64,000 bases of DNA from Lama guanicoe (GCA_013239625.1 MU053762.1:85424-149423); one strand, 5' to 3'; positions 14,373-28,574 are shown, counted from the first letter of the stretch. Numbers and translations: made by a program. Notes: a model not told the origin generated them from the sequence alone.

Positions 14373-15289
14373 AAAAAGTGAAACAAACAAAAACACTTCA
14401 CAGTGTTTTAAAACTCTCACTTTGAAGGTTAAAAGGTTTGCCCAAGTAGGTGGGCACCTGCATGGGGCACTGAGATTAGAAAGAACAGGCACCTGGCTCC
14501 ACGCCGACCTGGGGCTACATTGACCCTCCTCTTCTCCTCTCCATCCACAGCCAGCCCATTACTGCATCGTTGCAGCTCCACTACCCAAATGCATTCCACC
14601 CTGGCTCCCACCATCTCCAAGAGCCTTCTACCTGATCTCCCTGCTTCCTGGGTCCCTGAAATCCATTCTCCACATTATCTTTGCAAAACGTGAGTGAGAG
14701 AAAATTACTTTAGTGCTTAAACTATCATGACTGCTTCTCATGGCACTTAGAGTCTACACTCCTTTCTGTGCTCCTGATGCCCTTCTAAACCTCGCGTCTC
14801 ATTATTCTCATCAGCACTGGCTCCAGTATCTCCTAAAACCGGCCAAATGCATTTGTGCCTCGAGGCCACTGGACAAGCTGCCTCTATCCCTGGGATGACT
14901 TTTCCCAGATCCTCAAAGTCTGGCCTCCTTATGACCATCCACATCTCAGCTCACATGTCACCTACTCAAAGATAGCTTTCTTGACTCACTTCCCCCAACG
15001 TCTCCCCATCTCAACACTGTGTTATTTCCTTCATTTCAATCAGACGTTTTGTTTCCTTATATGTCCAATTATGTTTGTTTGCTCAGTTATTCTTGGCCTC
15101 CCTCTCCCCAGCCGCCTTGCCCAAACAGCATAAGCTGCCGGGGAGCAGCCAGCACTGGTGCTCTGAGAAGACCCACGCTGAGTGAGACGTTAACAGTCAC
15201 ATGGTGTAGTGGGATGGTGTCACATAGCAAATACAGTGAAGCAGTGAGAATTTCTATCTCTTATTTTATAATTTAAGTGAAATCTAAGA

Positions 15290-15745
15290 TTTTCTCCTGT
15301 TTAATGAAGAATTTGGTAGGTCTTTGGTCCCAGTTCCTGGATGGCAACCTTTAAAGCCTTGAAATTTCCCAAGATAGGAGTGTCTTTGTTATGCATGGTA
15401 GACCCTTGGATGGCTTATGTTCATGAGATCACTCAGGATGGGGACTGGCCAGCCAGAGACACCAACCATGTGATTAGAGGAGTGGGGCTATGAGCTGTGT
15501 GACAGGTGAGTGACCACCAGGAGAGGAAGGGGCTCAAGGGTTAGGGCTAAGGACAGGTTTGAGTTAGTTAGGGTTTGGGTTAGCCATGTCAGTAGTGACT
15601 CAATCAATCATGCCTTTGTAATAAAGCCTCCAGTAAAATCTTGGGGCAATGAAGCTCAGAGCTCCTGTGAGCTTCCTGGTTGGTAACGCTCTTGGAGGAC
15701 TGTCACACTCAGATGCCATGAGGACAACCCTGAGCCCTTCCCACT
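15290..15745 (+). mobile_element. MER21-like ERVL LTR remnant
   Basis: Recalled MER21 motifs: cccagttcctgg, gataggagtgtctttgttat, accaaccatgtgattagagg, caatcaatcatgcct, gagcttcctggttgg. Confidence 0.65.
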
Positions 15746-15769
15746 GGGGTGCTCTCCACAACAGCTCAC

Positions 15770-15884
15770 CTGATGAGACCTAAGGGCTGCTGCTTGTCTG
15801 TGCTTCGAGGAGGAGCCCATTCCCTGTACAGAAGGCCCTGTTCGCTGGGGCAGCTGAGGTCCTCTGACGGAGACTGAAGTTGCA
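15770..15884 (-). pseudogene. ANO6: ANO6 pseudo-exon (human exon 7 equivalent, 115 bp)
   Basis: cttcccat|TGCAACTTC...CTCATCAG|gtgagc; CNFSL(frameshift)SEDLSCPSEQGLLYREWAPPRSTDKQQPLGLIR; acceptor AG mutated to AT. Confidence 0.9.
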
Positions 15885-16019
15885 ATGGGAAGCAGAAGCA
15901 AACAGGTGAATGTCACAATCACCACGTGTTCACATGTTCTGTTGGTAAAAATGTTGTGCTAACACTTCGTGGTCAAGGGGGCCCTCACTTGCCAGAAGGG
16001 ATGGAAGCACCATATAGTT

Positions 16020-16235
16020 TTTCATAATTCTCACCCGGGGCTAATACTAACCCCTTGAGGGTCATTTGCAAACGTGGGTGGAAAGGAACGCTTGGATGTT
16101 ACAGTCCTGGGAGCACCGTGGGTACCTGGGGAGAGCCCTGCAGATGCTTAATGTCCTAAAAGTGGGCCAGTCTTACACAGCAAAAAACTAGGCCACCCAA
16201 GTGCCCAAACTGCTGCAGTGGAGGGACACCTGACG
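16020..16235. mobile_element. MER20-like hAT MITE
   Basis: Recalled MER20 layout (gggtcatttgcaaa...gatgcttaatgtcct...cccaagtgcc...gtggagggacacctg). Confidence 0.5.
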
Positions 16236-17664
16236 GTCCAGCCCCCTCCTTGGACACCCAGGAGGAACCTGGACTCTGGCTGGCTAGGGGCAGGGTCAAT
16301 TCTAAAACCCAGGCTTTTTTGTCCCCACAATTCAGTAGTTATTCTGTGACAGCACATGGAATATAAACAACAAAGAAACTTGACATACTGTTATATATTT
16401 AGCTTACTCAAGAAACAAAGTTTAAATCCAGTCATTCTCCTTCCCACCTAACCTACATTCCTTCCTCCTGTACTAGAACCAGATTATCACCCACCCAGCC
16501 TTAACATGGGTCCTTACTCCACTTACCTCCCTCCCAAACACTGCATGAGATTATTCCTCAGCCCGGGTGTGGGACCAGCAATTACAACAGGCTTTATTGG
16601 AAAAGAAATCGTTGTGTGCAGATGCTAACTACACACTATAGAATCCTGGTGTCCCACATTAGTAATCATGACAGCTGTTTGCAAGTGTCCCCAAAGTTCA
16701 TTTCAGGCTCTCACTGCTAATTTTGCTGGGGCACAAATATAAAACATGTGGACTGCCGGGCTGGACTGCTATGCTGGGTCTCTGAGCCAGGAAGCTCAGT
16801 GACTGCTCCATGCACCCAGCTCCCTGTTCTGTTCATGCATGTGTATCAAGCAGCTGTTTAGTGTCCTCGTTTTGATATCTTATACAGTACACTTCAGTGT
16901 TGTCTTCATCCACAAATATGTGTACCACATAGTACTAATGATCAATCTCAGTCTTTGCTTTCTTTGATCTTAGAGAGTCAGATAAATGGATAGCTAAGAT
17001 AACAAAGCCATAGAGTGCTATAATATAGTATTTCCTTTACTTCAATGACAGAATTTATTTAAAGAGATTAGATATAATGTTCTTGCATTTATGGCATCAT
17101 TAAGCATCTGAAGCAGTCACATTTTAGCAACTTCATTTCATTAGAGATGTTATCAGTTAGAGAAGTGTTTCTGAATTTGAGGAGTTGCTGTCATCTCAGA
17201 GTCCCCCAAAATAGTCAACACTCTGTGGTATTGCCATCATGACAAGAACTCAGACAGATGAATTTTGGAAAGCTCTGTGACATTCTACCTAGTGAACAGC
17301 TAGAAAATGTTATTTCAGAGGGATAAAGCCTGAATTACAGAAAATGATAAATGAAATGGTCCAACATGCATTTCTCTTACAAGGAACTAATAATTCTTTG
17401 GTTGATAATAACATCTGTCAGTTATTATGAAAAGAGCTGACAGATACATAGTACTCACGATAAGCCAGGGCTGTCCTAACATTGACATGGATTCATTAAT
17501 TCCCACAGCAACTCTACAAGATGGGTACTATTATTACCCCCATTTTATTGATGAGGAACTTGATAAACAGAGAGGCTAAATGACTTTTGCAAGGTCGACA
17601 GTGAGAAACAAGCACAGATGTTCCAGCCTGAGTGTACGCTCTTCGCCACTGCTCCCTTTTATCT

Positions 17665-17833
17665 CTTTCTTTTCTTTTTTTGGGGGGGTGGTGGGGAGGT
17701 AATAAGGTAATTCTGGTGGGGGGTGGGGAGGTAATTAGGGTAATTTATCTATTTTAGAGAAGGTGCTGGGGGCTGAACCCAGGACCTTGTGCATGCTAAC
17801 CATGCACTCCATCACTTGAGCCGTACCCTCCCC
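17665..17833 (-). mobile_element. tRNA-derived SINE (Vic-1-like) with duplicated tail motif
   Basis: gctgaacccaggaccttgtgcatgctaac...cttgagccgtaccctcccc; tail motif ggggaggtaat occurs twice. Confidence 0.85.
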
Positions 17834-18113
17834 TCTAGAGTCGATGCTCTTAGCTGCTAATCCTCACTGCCCCGCACGGTAGCTCTGGGGGAACTACAGT
17901 TCATTCATTCACTCATTTAAACTCGGCCTTCCCGGTGCCTGGGATTCAGCAGTAAAAAAGACAACCTGGTTCCTGCTCTAAATGAGCTTGTAGCCTTCTG
18001 ACATATTATCTTCATTTTACCCAGGAAGAAACAAATTCAAGAAGATTAGCCCTTTCCTGCTAACCCTGGATGAGACATGAGGTGCTTTATTTCATTTCTG
18101 CCATTTGACTTAC

Positions 18114-18227
18114 ACCATGGGGAGGGAAAGCTGCCTTGCAGGTCCTGGAGCTCACAAGCCTGTTAATCCTGAATTTTTTAACATTGACCCTTACTTGATA
18201 CTTGATCTGAGAAGGGATGAAATAAAC
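18114..18227 (-). pseudogene. ANO6: ANO6 pseudo-exon (human exon 6 equivalent, 114 bp)
   Basis: ccttttag|GTTTATTTC...CATGGT|gtaagt; VYFIPSQIKYQVRVNVKKFRINRLVSSRTCKAAFPPHG vs human VYFILSRVKYQVINNVSKFGINRLVNSGIYKAAFPLHD. Confidence 0.93.
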
Positions 18228-18460
18228 CTAAAAGGATTCTATAAGAGAGTGTGTGGCTTATACAGGGTAACAAACCAGCCACTATTTACTATCCTAACAG
18301 GAATCTGTAGGTATACTTCTTTTCTTTCTCTTTTTTCCTTTTTTTTGGGGGGGGGCAGCTTTTAAAAACCAAACCAAACCAACCAAACCGAATCACTGAT
18401 AATTCAACAGAAGGTTCTAAATCACCCCCAAGACAGCAGTAAAACTTGGCTTAGACTTAC

Positions 18461-18749
18461 AATCTAGCCTCTGGTGGCTGAATTGAAGAATGTGTCTCTA
18501 TCCTGAATATAAAAGACATTCATGCAATTCTTCTCAAATGGGGCGGTGAAAAACTCTTGCTCTGGCTTGATGATACTTTCATCCACTTGGAGGACTTTCA
18601 TAAAACAGCTGAAATTATCAAAGTCTGAGGACCAGGTTTTCAGATCATTGGGTTTCAGAGGCAATTTTATGTGCAGTATCTCAGCATATGTACACAGCAC
18701 TTTCCACACGGTGTGTACTTTTACAAATACAAGCTTGTCATCCAAAAAC
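18461..18749 (-). pseudogene. ANO6: ANO6 pseudo-exon (human exon 5 equivalent, 289 bp)
   Basis: atatag|GTTTTTGGATGAC...GGCTAGATT|gtaagt; LDDKLVFVKVHTVWKVLCTYAEILHIKLPLKPNDLK...DRDTFFNSATRG*I. One extra T after the acceptor and a TAG just before the donor. Confidence 0.95.
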
Positions 18750-19640
18750 CTATATTTGGAGAATGAAAACACAAACCAGGAAACTATTTTCACATTTTTA
18801 GTAAACAGATTTTTCTTACCTTGTTGGTAGTTAAAGCATGTGTGCAAACACACACACATATGACACTGGTAAAAGTAAAGATATAATAAAAATAGATTTG
18901 CAAACCATCATACACTTTTGCCTTAAAGATAATTTCTTTATTGAAATTACTGAAAAATTAATTAAAATCCTTACAGTTCATTCATAAAATTACCAATGTT
19001 TTAGATGAAGAAAAGCAAACTTGTTAATATTTAGTCCAAATTAGTAACTAAAAATAAAAACACTAAAATAATCTTTGCAGTGGTATTGTAATGACAATTT
19101 TAAAAATTTCTCAAATCTAGAAGAGAATTATTTACATATTTGTTCAATATAGTGTTAAACAGCCATTAAAAAGGATTTAAAATAATTGTATTTATTGATA
19201 TGGAATATAAAATAAAAGGAAAAAGCAAAAAGTTGTGAAATAATAATTTTCCTTTTTGGAAGGGAAAAATATCTACATTTGAGCAAAGAAAGTTTAGAAG
19301 GATTTTAAGATTGTTTATGGATAATTAAGGTATAGATGATTTTTAATTCCACTATTCTTACATTTTCAATTTTGGGGGGTAAATTTTTATAATAAAAAAT
19401 TGTTAAAAAGATTCTTGCATAAATACATTGATAGATATATTTATGACTACATCCTTTGGTTATTAAAAAAGATCTCCTTGCTTTGGATCTGAAACATACA
19501 TTCTGTAATGCAGATTATGCCTGACTCCCCTCCCAGCCCACAGTGAAGGCATAGCTGGGGTGACATGTTTCAAATGCCATTCCAGCATTCCAGTAACATG
19601 CAGGATCCTGGCTAATGGCTGCAAAGGTACTGACACTCAC

Positions 19641-19706
19641 TGATCTGGTTGCTTCTAGCTGCAGACCATCACAGATGTGGTTAGATTCATAGGCTTATGT
19701 TTTTCT
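19641..19706 (-). pseudogene. ANO6: ANO6 pseudo-exon (human exon 4 equivalent, 66 bp)
   Basis: tttcttttgacag|AGAAAAACATAAGCC...ACCAGATCA|gtgagt; translates RKT*AYESNHICDGLQLEATRS (human RKRQAYESNLICHGLQLEATRS); Gln codon is now TAA. Confidence 0.93.
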
Positions 19707-20430
19707 CTGTCAAAAGAAATCAGAAAATGTTAGGCTTTTACCTTCAACAAGGGAACAAGAAGTTGTTTGATTATTTATGCAAAAAAAAAAAAAAACTAAT
19801 TTGAACCTGATGAAAAGACATTTGTTCAAAACAGCACAATATCAATGAAGGTGCTCTGGCAGCAGGAACTTGTTAGATTCCTGTGGGTGCTGGACTCCTA
19901 ACATGGAATTCCCTTGGCACTCCAGAAGGCCCATAGTTTTCCCCATGGGTTTGTGGCCATTTGTGGTGCACAGAAGTCTCTGGGTTTGCCACCATTCTAA
20001 GGCCTTTTATGGCTTATGAAAGGTTTTGCACTCAAATGGAGTTTTTTTTTGAGTCCCACTCACTGATGTCATTTACCAGAGTTATAGTCCAGATCTGACA
20101 TTCTAGACTTTTAAAATCTTGCAGACATTCAAATGGTTCAGGTTTGGATGTGTATTCACCTCTGCATGCCCAGACCAAATTCGGTAAAACCACCCAGACA
20201 AGTTCAGCAAAATGCAAAGAAATTTTTCTATCTGCAAGACTGAAATGTCTGTGAAGCTATAAAAACTTCTACATCTACAAAAATAGGTAACTAACTCATC
20301 AATAACACATCTATCCATATTACATGGCCATTTAAAAAAATACTGTATTTACTGCTATTAAATTCTACCTGGCTTTTGCCAAGTTGTGTCCTAAACTGTA
20401 AGGGAAGTATATGAAGGTAGAGACTTTTTG

Positions 20431-21060
20431 AACTTTTAAGAGAAAAAGAAACCCTCCTCCACGGTTGGTGGGATTGCAAATTGGTGCAGCCATTATCGGT
20501 GACAATATAGAGGTTCCTTAAAAAACTAAAAATAGACTTCCATGTGATCCAGCAATCCCATTCATGGCCATATGTCTGGAGGAAAATATAATTCAGAAAG
20601 ACACATGCACCCCGATGTTCATAGCAGCACTATTTACAATAGCCAAGACATGGAAACAACCCAAATATTCACTGACAGATGACTGGGTAAAGAAGGTGTG
20701 GTATATTATATATATATATGTATATATACATATATACATACACACACGTATATACACACTCACACACACAATGGAATACTGCTCAGCCATAAAAAATAAA
20801 ATAATGCCATTTGCAACAACACGGATGCACCTACAGGGTATTATGCTAAGTGAAATACGTCAGAAAAAGAAAAACAAATATTCTACGTATTAACTTATAT
20901 GTATATCTAAAAAATAAAACAAATTAAAGACTATAACAAAACAGAAATAGATTCACAGGAACACAGAACAAACTGGTGGTTACCATCTGGGAGAAGGAGG
21001 AGAGGGGAGGCAGGCTGGGGGTAGGGGCTTGAGAGGTACAAAGTACTACATATAAAATGG
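20431..21060 (+). mobile_element. Older L1 3' end (left half of host element)
   Basis: ORF2 C-terminus (KDTCTPMFIAALFTIAKTWKQPK) and 3'UTR, interrupted at tataaaatgg. Confidence 0.9.
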
Positions 21061-24000
21061 AGGAAGGAGGTCAAGACAGCGGAGTAGTAGGATGCACGTA
21101 GCTCACCCTCTCCCAAAGATGCACCAAGACTCACATCTATGGACCCTCTCCACCAACCAGAGCACCTAAGGAACTCCAAAAGAACATTGTCCTCTTCAAA
21201 AGACAAAGACACCAAAAATCTGGTAGGAAAAAGGCAAAAAAAATAAAAGGTAGGTGGAAAGGCAAAGCAGAGCGGGACGGTTCCCGCAGGGAGGGAGTGG
21301 CAAAGGACAGCTGGCGCTCGCTCGCTGGGTCTCCCCTCTCCAATGGAGAGGACAGCAGGACGGAGGGGGAGCCTCAGAGGCTCGGATCTGTAAGGAGCAG
21401 CCCTTGACCAACAGAACTAAGTGAAACGGGCACAGATGGTCCCTGCGACACCCAGGCCGAGACCCGAGCCAGAAGCTAGTGGCTGGGACAGGCCACCAGG
21501 GCCAGGTGGAGGACGGAGACGGCTGCGCTGAGGCAGCCCTGGGGGACTGCAGGGGGCTGCGCGCTGTGGCTGTGGGTGCACACGGCAGAACAATCTAGGC
21601 CTCCATGAAACAGCATGGCTAATGTGCCCTGCGGGGAAGGATGCACACCCCCATCTCTGAAAACCCAGGGAAGGTTTTCAGCGGGGAGAGGCGGGGCTGA
21701 AGCACAGACGCCATATCCTCCGGCGCTTGGCACTCGGGTTGGGACGGGGGCGGGGGCGAAACCTGGGTCCGCGCCTGGGGGCTTGGCAGCCTCGGAGTCC
21801 AGACAGTGACTTGTTTGCAGCCCGAGGCAGATAGGATCCTTCCGCCCTGGTTCCTGGCAAAGTTCGCGCTGCCAGAAGAAACAAGGAGCTGAGTTTGGAC
21901 ACGGAGCAGGAACGGAGGTGTTTCTCAGCCTTCCTGGGGCCCGCCTGCGGAGTGCCGACCCGGGGCAGAGCGCACGGCAGGCCGGAGCTGCAGAGCAACC
22001 GGCGCCGGGAGATGGCGGGTGGCCCCCGCCTTTCCAGCAGGATCTCTGTGCTGGGAGGGGGCGCGATCTGCGTGCCGACAGGCACTGGGAGCAGCACAGA
22101 CGAGGGCGCCAACAAGAGGTCCTCGTGAAACAACAAACTGAGCCCTCGAAACAGGGCGAATACAGAAAGACTTCTCATTCAGAGCGCACATTCTCCAGGA
22201 GAACACCCACTCCCCCTTTTGAGTTTTTTGATCTTTTTTTGCCTGCTATATTCTCTGTTAACTTTTTGATTTTTGCTTTTTAAACAGCTGTATCCTCTCA
22301 GTTTTGGTCCCTTTTGAATTTTGTTTTTAAAATGGAATGGTTGTTATTTAGAAAGGTACACGTCGTGTCATTTTTCTCTCTCTTGGTTTTGATCACCTGT
22401 TGTTGATTGTACACAGGTTTCAAATGTTTTTGTCCTCTTTTATCCTATTTTGGAGTTTTTGGGAGACGTCACAACCCGATTGCTGTTCTGCTTCAATTTA
22501 CTCTTCAGTGGTTTACTGTACGCTATTTTCAGGCCTTTATTTTCCTCCTCTTTTTCAGAATTCTCTCTTCATCATATTTTTTTTTGTCTGTTCTATTTTT
22601 TATTACCTTTTTCATTTCTAAATTCTGGAAGGTTGTGTATGCTTCTAGTTGTGGTTCCTTTTTGAATTTTTCTTTCTAGACAATTGTGTGTGCTTCTAGT
22701 TTTGATTCCTTTTGGGTATCTCTCTTAAAGTAGTTATATTATTGTTTTTTAAAGAGAATCCACTTGATTGCATTTTCACTTCTTTTGGGTTTGATCTCCT
22801 GCTGTTGTTTGTAAATGGATTTTAAGTGTCATTTTTAGATCTTTTTTCGTTTTAGCTTTCTTGAGGGTTTTTAAAAAGATCTCAATTCGAATGCTACTCT
22901 AATTCAAATTGCTCTTCTATAATTGATACACAGTTTTCAAACCTTTACTTCTCCCTTCTTTTAAAGTTCTCTCTCTCCTTTTTTTTTTCTTTTACTTTTT
23001 AAGTTTTATTCCTACATAGGCATTAGATAGATAAATAAATAAACTCCTTTAGGGACCAAAATAAATTACTGATACTCCATAAGCCACAGCACCAGAGATA
23101 TACGAGCAAGATGAAGAAGCAGAGAAACCATTCCCAATTAAAAGAACAAGAGAAATCCCCTGAAAGAATGACCAATGAAATAGACATTGAGAGCCTAATA
23201 TATCAAGATTTCAAAAAAGGAGTGATCAAATTGCTGAAGGAACTAAAAGAGATAGTGTATAGATATAAAATATGTCAAAAATGAAATTGGAGTTATAAAG
23301 AGCCAAGTAGAATGGGTAAACTCATTGAATGAGATGAGGAATTATCTAAAAGCTGTGCAAAGCAGAGTAGAAAATGCAGAGGAACTAATTAGTGACCTAT
23401 AAGACAGGACAACAGGAAACACACAATCAGAAGAGCCACAAGATAAACAAATAAAAATAGCATAAGAGACCTATGGGTTAATATAAAGCATGCCAGTTTT
23501 CGCATGATAGAGGTCCCAGAAGGGGAAGAAAGATCAAAAGGGATTGAAAAGGTTTTTGAAGAAATCATGACTGAAAACTTCCCAAACTTAAAGAAGGAAT
23601 CAGATATCCAAGTACAGGAAGCTCAGAGGGTTCCAAACAGGAAGAACACAAATACACCCACACTAAGACATATCATAATCAAGATGGCTGGATACAAGGA
23701 TAAGGAAATGACTCTAAAGGCAGCAAGAGAAAAGCAAAGAGTAAGTTACAAGGGAAACCCCATAAGGCTCTCAGCTGATTTCTCTACACAAACACTAGAA
23801 GCCAGAAGGGAGTGGTAAGATATATTCAAACTCCTGAATGAAAAAAAAGATGCAGCATAGGATACTTTATACAGCAAGGCTATCTCCTGGGATAGAAGGA
23901 GAGCAAAAGAATTCCACAGATAAGAAAAATCTGCAGGAGTTTAGCAACACTAAACACATGCTAAAAGAAATATTGAAAATTGTACTCTAAATAGAAAAGC

Positions 24001-27000
24001 AGCAGGATGCTACAGAGATGAGAAACTCACAACTGGAAAGGTGATAACTCATGAATTACAAATAAAATAAACACAAAATTATAGAAGACATACAAATCAT
24101 TGAGAATGGCAGAGGGAGGCAGGGAAATATAGAATTATTTTTTCTCTTTTTTTAAATTTTTTGTTCTCGGTATGATGGGTTTGAGGTAATGTTATTATCA
24201 GTTTAATAGAAAACAGTTATAGTAAGGGGCTAATATGAAAAAGGGCAACCACAAGCCAAAAACTTACAAGGGAGTCATAAAAATTAAATAAAATCCATGA
24301 TAACACAAAGGAAAGTTACCAAACCACAAAAGGAAGAAGAAAAGGAACAAAGAGGAAATACCAATTCAACTGCAAAGATAAGTTCAAAATGGCAATAAGC
24401 ACACACGTATCATTAATTTCTGTAAATGTTAATGGACTAAATGATCCAGTCAAAAGACATAGAGTGCCAGACTGGGTAATAAAGCAAGAACCTTCAATAT
24501 GCTGCATAAAAGAGACCCACTTTAGGGAGAAGGACACATATAGTTTGAGAGTGAAAGGATGGAAAAGGATATTCCATGCAAATGGATAAGCCAAAAAAGC
24601 AGGTGTTGCAGTACTGATTTCAGACAAAATAAACTTTAAAACAAAGGCCATAAAGATAAAGAAGGACATTTTATAATGATTAAAGGAGTGATACAAGATG
24701 AGGATATTACTTTCATTAATATATATGCACCCTATATAGGAGCACCTAAATATAAAGAACAATTGCTAACAGAGATACAGGTGATATTGATGGGAATACA
24801 ATCATAGTTGGAGATTTTAACACTGCATTAACATCACTAGACCAGTCTCTCAGACAGAAAATAAAGAAGGTAAGAGAGAAATAAAACAATACAATAGAAA
24901 AATTAGATTTGGTGGATATTTTCAGAGCATTATATCCCCGAAAATAGGATTTATGTTCTTTTCAAGTGCACATGGAAAATTTTCCAGGATTGATCATGTA
25001 CTTGGGCACAAAAGAAACCTCAACAATTTTAAGAAGATAGAAATTATCTCATGCATCTTTACTGACCACAATGCTATGAAACTAGAAATCAACAACAGAG
25101 AAACAAAGGAGAAAAAAAAAGCATGGAGATTAAACAACATGCTATTAAAAAAAAGGGTCAATGAGGAAATCAAAGCTGAAATTAAAAAATACCTTGAGAC
25201 AAATGACAATGAAACCACAACCACTCAAAATCTGTGGGACACAGCTAAGGCAGTGTTAAGAGGGAAGTTTATAGCAATACAGGCCTTCCTCAGAACACAA
25301 GAACCAACTCAAATAAACAATTTAACCCACCAGCTGAATTAACTAGAAAAAGAAGACCAAAAAAACCCAAAAGTCAGCAGAAGGAAGGAAATAATAAAGA
25401 TTAAGGAGGAAAAAAAGAAAATAGAGATTAAAAAAAATGAAGAAAAAACAAACAAACCAAAGCCTCTTTTTTTAGAAAAAGTAAATAAAATCGACAAACC
25501 TCTGGCCAAACTCACAAAGAAGAAAAAAGAGAGAGGACAAATTGGCAAAATAAGAAAGGAAAATGGAGAAATTACAACTAATACAATAGAAATACAGAAT
25601 ATCATACAAGAATATTATGAAAAATTCTATGGAACCAAACTGAATAACCTAGAGGAGATGGACAAGTTTCTGGAAACATACTGTCCACCAAGACTGAATC
25701 AAGAAGAAACTGACCACTTGCACAAACCAATCACTAGAAATGAAATAGAAATAGCAATTAAAGCATTCCTACAAATAAAAGTCCAGGACCGGATGGCTTC
25801 ACCGGGGAATTCTACCAAACATACATAGAAGAACTCATACCAGTCCTTCTCAAACTCTTCCAGACGATTGAAAAGGAGGGAATACTCCCAAACTCATTCT
25901 ATGAAGCCACCATCACCCTGATACCAAAACCAGGCAAAGACACTACAAAAAAACAGGATTATAGGCTGATATCACTGATGAACATAGATGCCAAAATCCT
26001 CACCAAAATATTAACAAAGAGAATCCAACAACATATAAAAAGGATTATACATCATGACAAAGTGGGATTCATCCAAGGCACACAAGGGTGGTTCAACATA
26101 TGCAAATCCATCAATGTAATACATCACATCAACAAAATAAAGGACAAAAACCACATGATCATCTCAAGAGATGCAGAAAAAGCTTTTGATAAAATTCAAC
26201 ACCCATTTATGATAAAAACTCTCACTCAAATGGGTATAGAGGGAACATATGTCAACATAATAAAAGCTATATATGACAAACCTACAGCCAGCATAGTACT
26301 CAATGGTGAAAAACACAAAAGCTTCCAACTAAAATCTGGGACAAGACAAGAATGCTCACTATCACCACTCATATTCAATATCATCTTGGAAGTCCTGGCC
26401 ACAACAATCAGACAAGAGTGAGAAATAAAAGGGATTCAAATTGGAAAACAAGAGGTAAAAGTGTCACTCTATGCCAATGACATGTTACTATATATAGAAA
26501 ACCCTAAAAGGTCCACACAAAAGCTACAAGAGCTGATCAAAGAATTCAGCAAGGTAGCAGGCTGCAAGATTAACGTTCAAAAATCAGTTGCATTTCTTTA
26601 CACTAACGATGAATCAACAGAAAAATAAACTAAAGAAACAATCCCCTTTAAAATTGCACCCAAAGTAATAAAATATCTGGGAATAAATCTAACCAAGGAG
26701 GTGAAAGTATTACACACAGAAAACTATAAACCATTGATGAAGGAAATTAAAGAAGACTTTTAAAAATGGAAAGATATCCCATGCTGTTGGATCGGAAGAA
26801 TCAATAATGTGAAAATGGTCACACTGTCCAAGGCAATCTACAGATTTAATGCAATCCCTATCCAATTACCCAGGACATATTTCACAGAACTAGAACAAAG
26901 CATAATAAAATTTATATGGAACCATCAAAGACCTAGAATTGCCAAAGCATTACTAAAGAGAAAGGAGAGGCTGAAGGAATAACTCTCCCAGACCTCAGAT

Positions 27001-28570
27001 AATACTACAGAGCTACAGTCATCAAGACAGCATGGTATTGGTACAAAAACAGACATATAGACCAATGGAGCAGAATAGAGAGCCCAGAAATGAACTCACA
27101 AACATTTGGTCAACTCATCTTCAACAAAGGAGGCAATAATATACAATGGAATAAAGACAGTCTCTTCAGCAAGTGGTGTTGGGAAAACTAGACAGGAGCA
27201 AGTAAAACAATGAAACTAGAACACTCCCTTATGCCATGCACAAAAATAAACTCAAAATGGATCAAAGACCTAAACATCAGACAAAATACAATAAAACTCC
27301 TAGAGAAAATATAGGCAAAACATTATCTAACATATATCTCAAATCTTTCCTAGAAGAAATAAATGCAAGAATAAACAAATTAGACCTAGTGAAACTTATA
27401 TAAGCTTCTGCACAGCAAAGGAAACCATAAGTAAAACAAAAAAAACAACCTACGGAATGGGAGAAAATTTTTGCAAGTGATACCGACAAAGGCATGATCT
27501 CCAGAATATATAAGCAGCTAATGTGACTTAATAAGAAACAACCAAACAACAGAATACATAGATGGGCAAAAAAACTGAAGAAACAATTCTCTAAGGAAGA
27601 CATAGAAATGATCAATAGGCACATAAAAAATGTTCAATATCACTAATAATCAGAGAAATGCAAATCAAAACTACAATGAGGTATCACCTCACACCAGTCA
27701 GATTGGCCATCATTGAAAAATCCACAAATGACAAATGCTGGAGGGGCTGTGGAGAAAGGGTAACCCTCTTACACTGCAGGTGGGAATGTAGTTTGGTGCA
27801 GCCACTATGGAAAACAGTATGGAGATTCTTCAAAACACTAGGAGTAGACATACTGTATGACCCAGGAATTCTGCTCCTGGTCTTATATCCAGAAGGAACC
27901 CTACTTCAGGATGACACCTGCATCCAATATTCATAGCAGCACAATTTACAATAGCCAAGACAGGGAAACAGCCTAAATGTCCATCAGCGGATGACTGGAT
28001 AAAGAAGATGTGGTATATTTATGCAATGGAATACTATTCTGCCATAAAAACTGACAACATAATGCCATTTGCAGCAACATGGATGCTCCTGAAGAATGTC
28101 ATTCTAAGTGAAGTAAGCCAGAAAGAGAAAGAAAAATACCATATGAGATTGCTCATATGTGGAATCTAAAACACAAAAATAAAAAGACAAAGCATAAATA
28201 CAAAATAGATATAGACTCATAGACATAGAATGCATACTTGTTGTTGCCAAGAGGGTGGAGGGTGGGAAGGGATAGACGGGACTCTATAATTGTATATCAG
28301 GTAAACAAGATTATTCTGTAAAGCACAGGGAAATATACACAAGATCTTATGGTAGCTAACAGAGAAAAAAATGTAACAATGAATACATATATGTTCATGT
28401 ATAACTGAAAAACTGTGCTGAACATTGGAATTTGACACAACATTGTACAATGTTTATAAATCAATAAAAAATTTTAAAAAAGAGTGAATGATCACATCAT
28501 ACTGTATACCAGAAACTTAAAACTGATTATATGACATTAAAAATAATGTTAAAAATGTGAAAAAATTAAT
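21061..28570 (+). mobile_element. Full-length LINE-1 (~7.5 kb), inactivated, nested in an older L1 3'UTR
   Basis: CpG-rich 5'UTR from 21061, T-rich tract, ORF1 remnant from ~23111 (..ENFPNLKKESDIQVQEAQRVP..), ORF2 from 24389 (MAISTHVSLISVNVNGLN..), RT motif altered to YAND at ~26470, many stops and frameshifts, 3'UTR and A-rich tail. Confidence 0.97.
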
Positions 28571-28574
28571 AAAA

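Larger units (their letters stand above)
10619..19706 (-). pseudogene. ANO6: Unprocessed partial pseudogene copy of anoctamin-6 (TMEM16F); five exons equivalent to human exons ~4-8 with introns
   Basis: Five minus-strand segments in correct order translate to ANO6 peptides (AYESN..GLQLEATRS; LDDKLVFVKVH..IIKPEQEFFTAPFEKN; VYFI..INRLV; LLYREWA..QPL.LIR; IYFAWLGYYT..AAVVGVACFLYGY). They carry three in-frame stops, frameshifts and one lost acceptor. Confidence 0.95.

Noticed and set aside
18464..18859. 131-aa ORF as a functional ANO6 CDS
   Set aside because: It is one exon plus intron read-through, with a frameshift at the acceptor and a stop before the donor; neighbouring exons are also disrupted.
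19800..20400. Possible old transposase remnant or extra ANO6 exon
   Set aside because: Translations do not match ANO6 exon 3 or any family I can name.
21678..22283. Overlapping ORFs up to 166 aa, including antisense ones (ORF0-like?)
   Set aside because: They lie in the GC-rich L1 5'UTR where stops are scarce; no recognisable homology.
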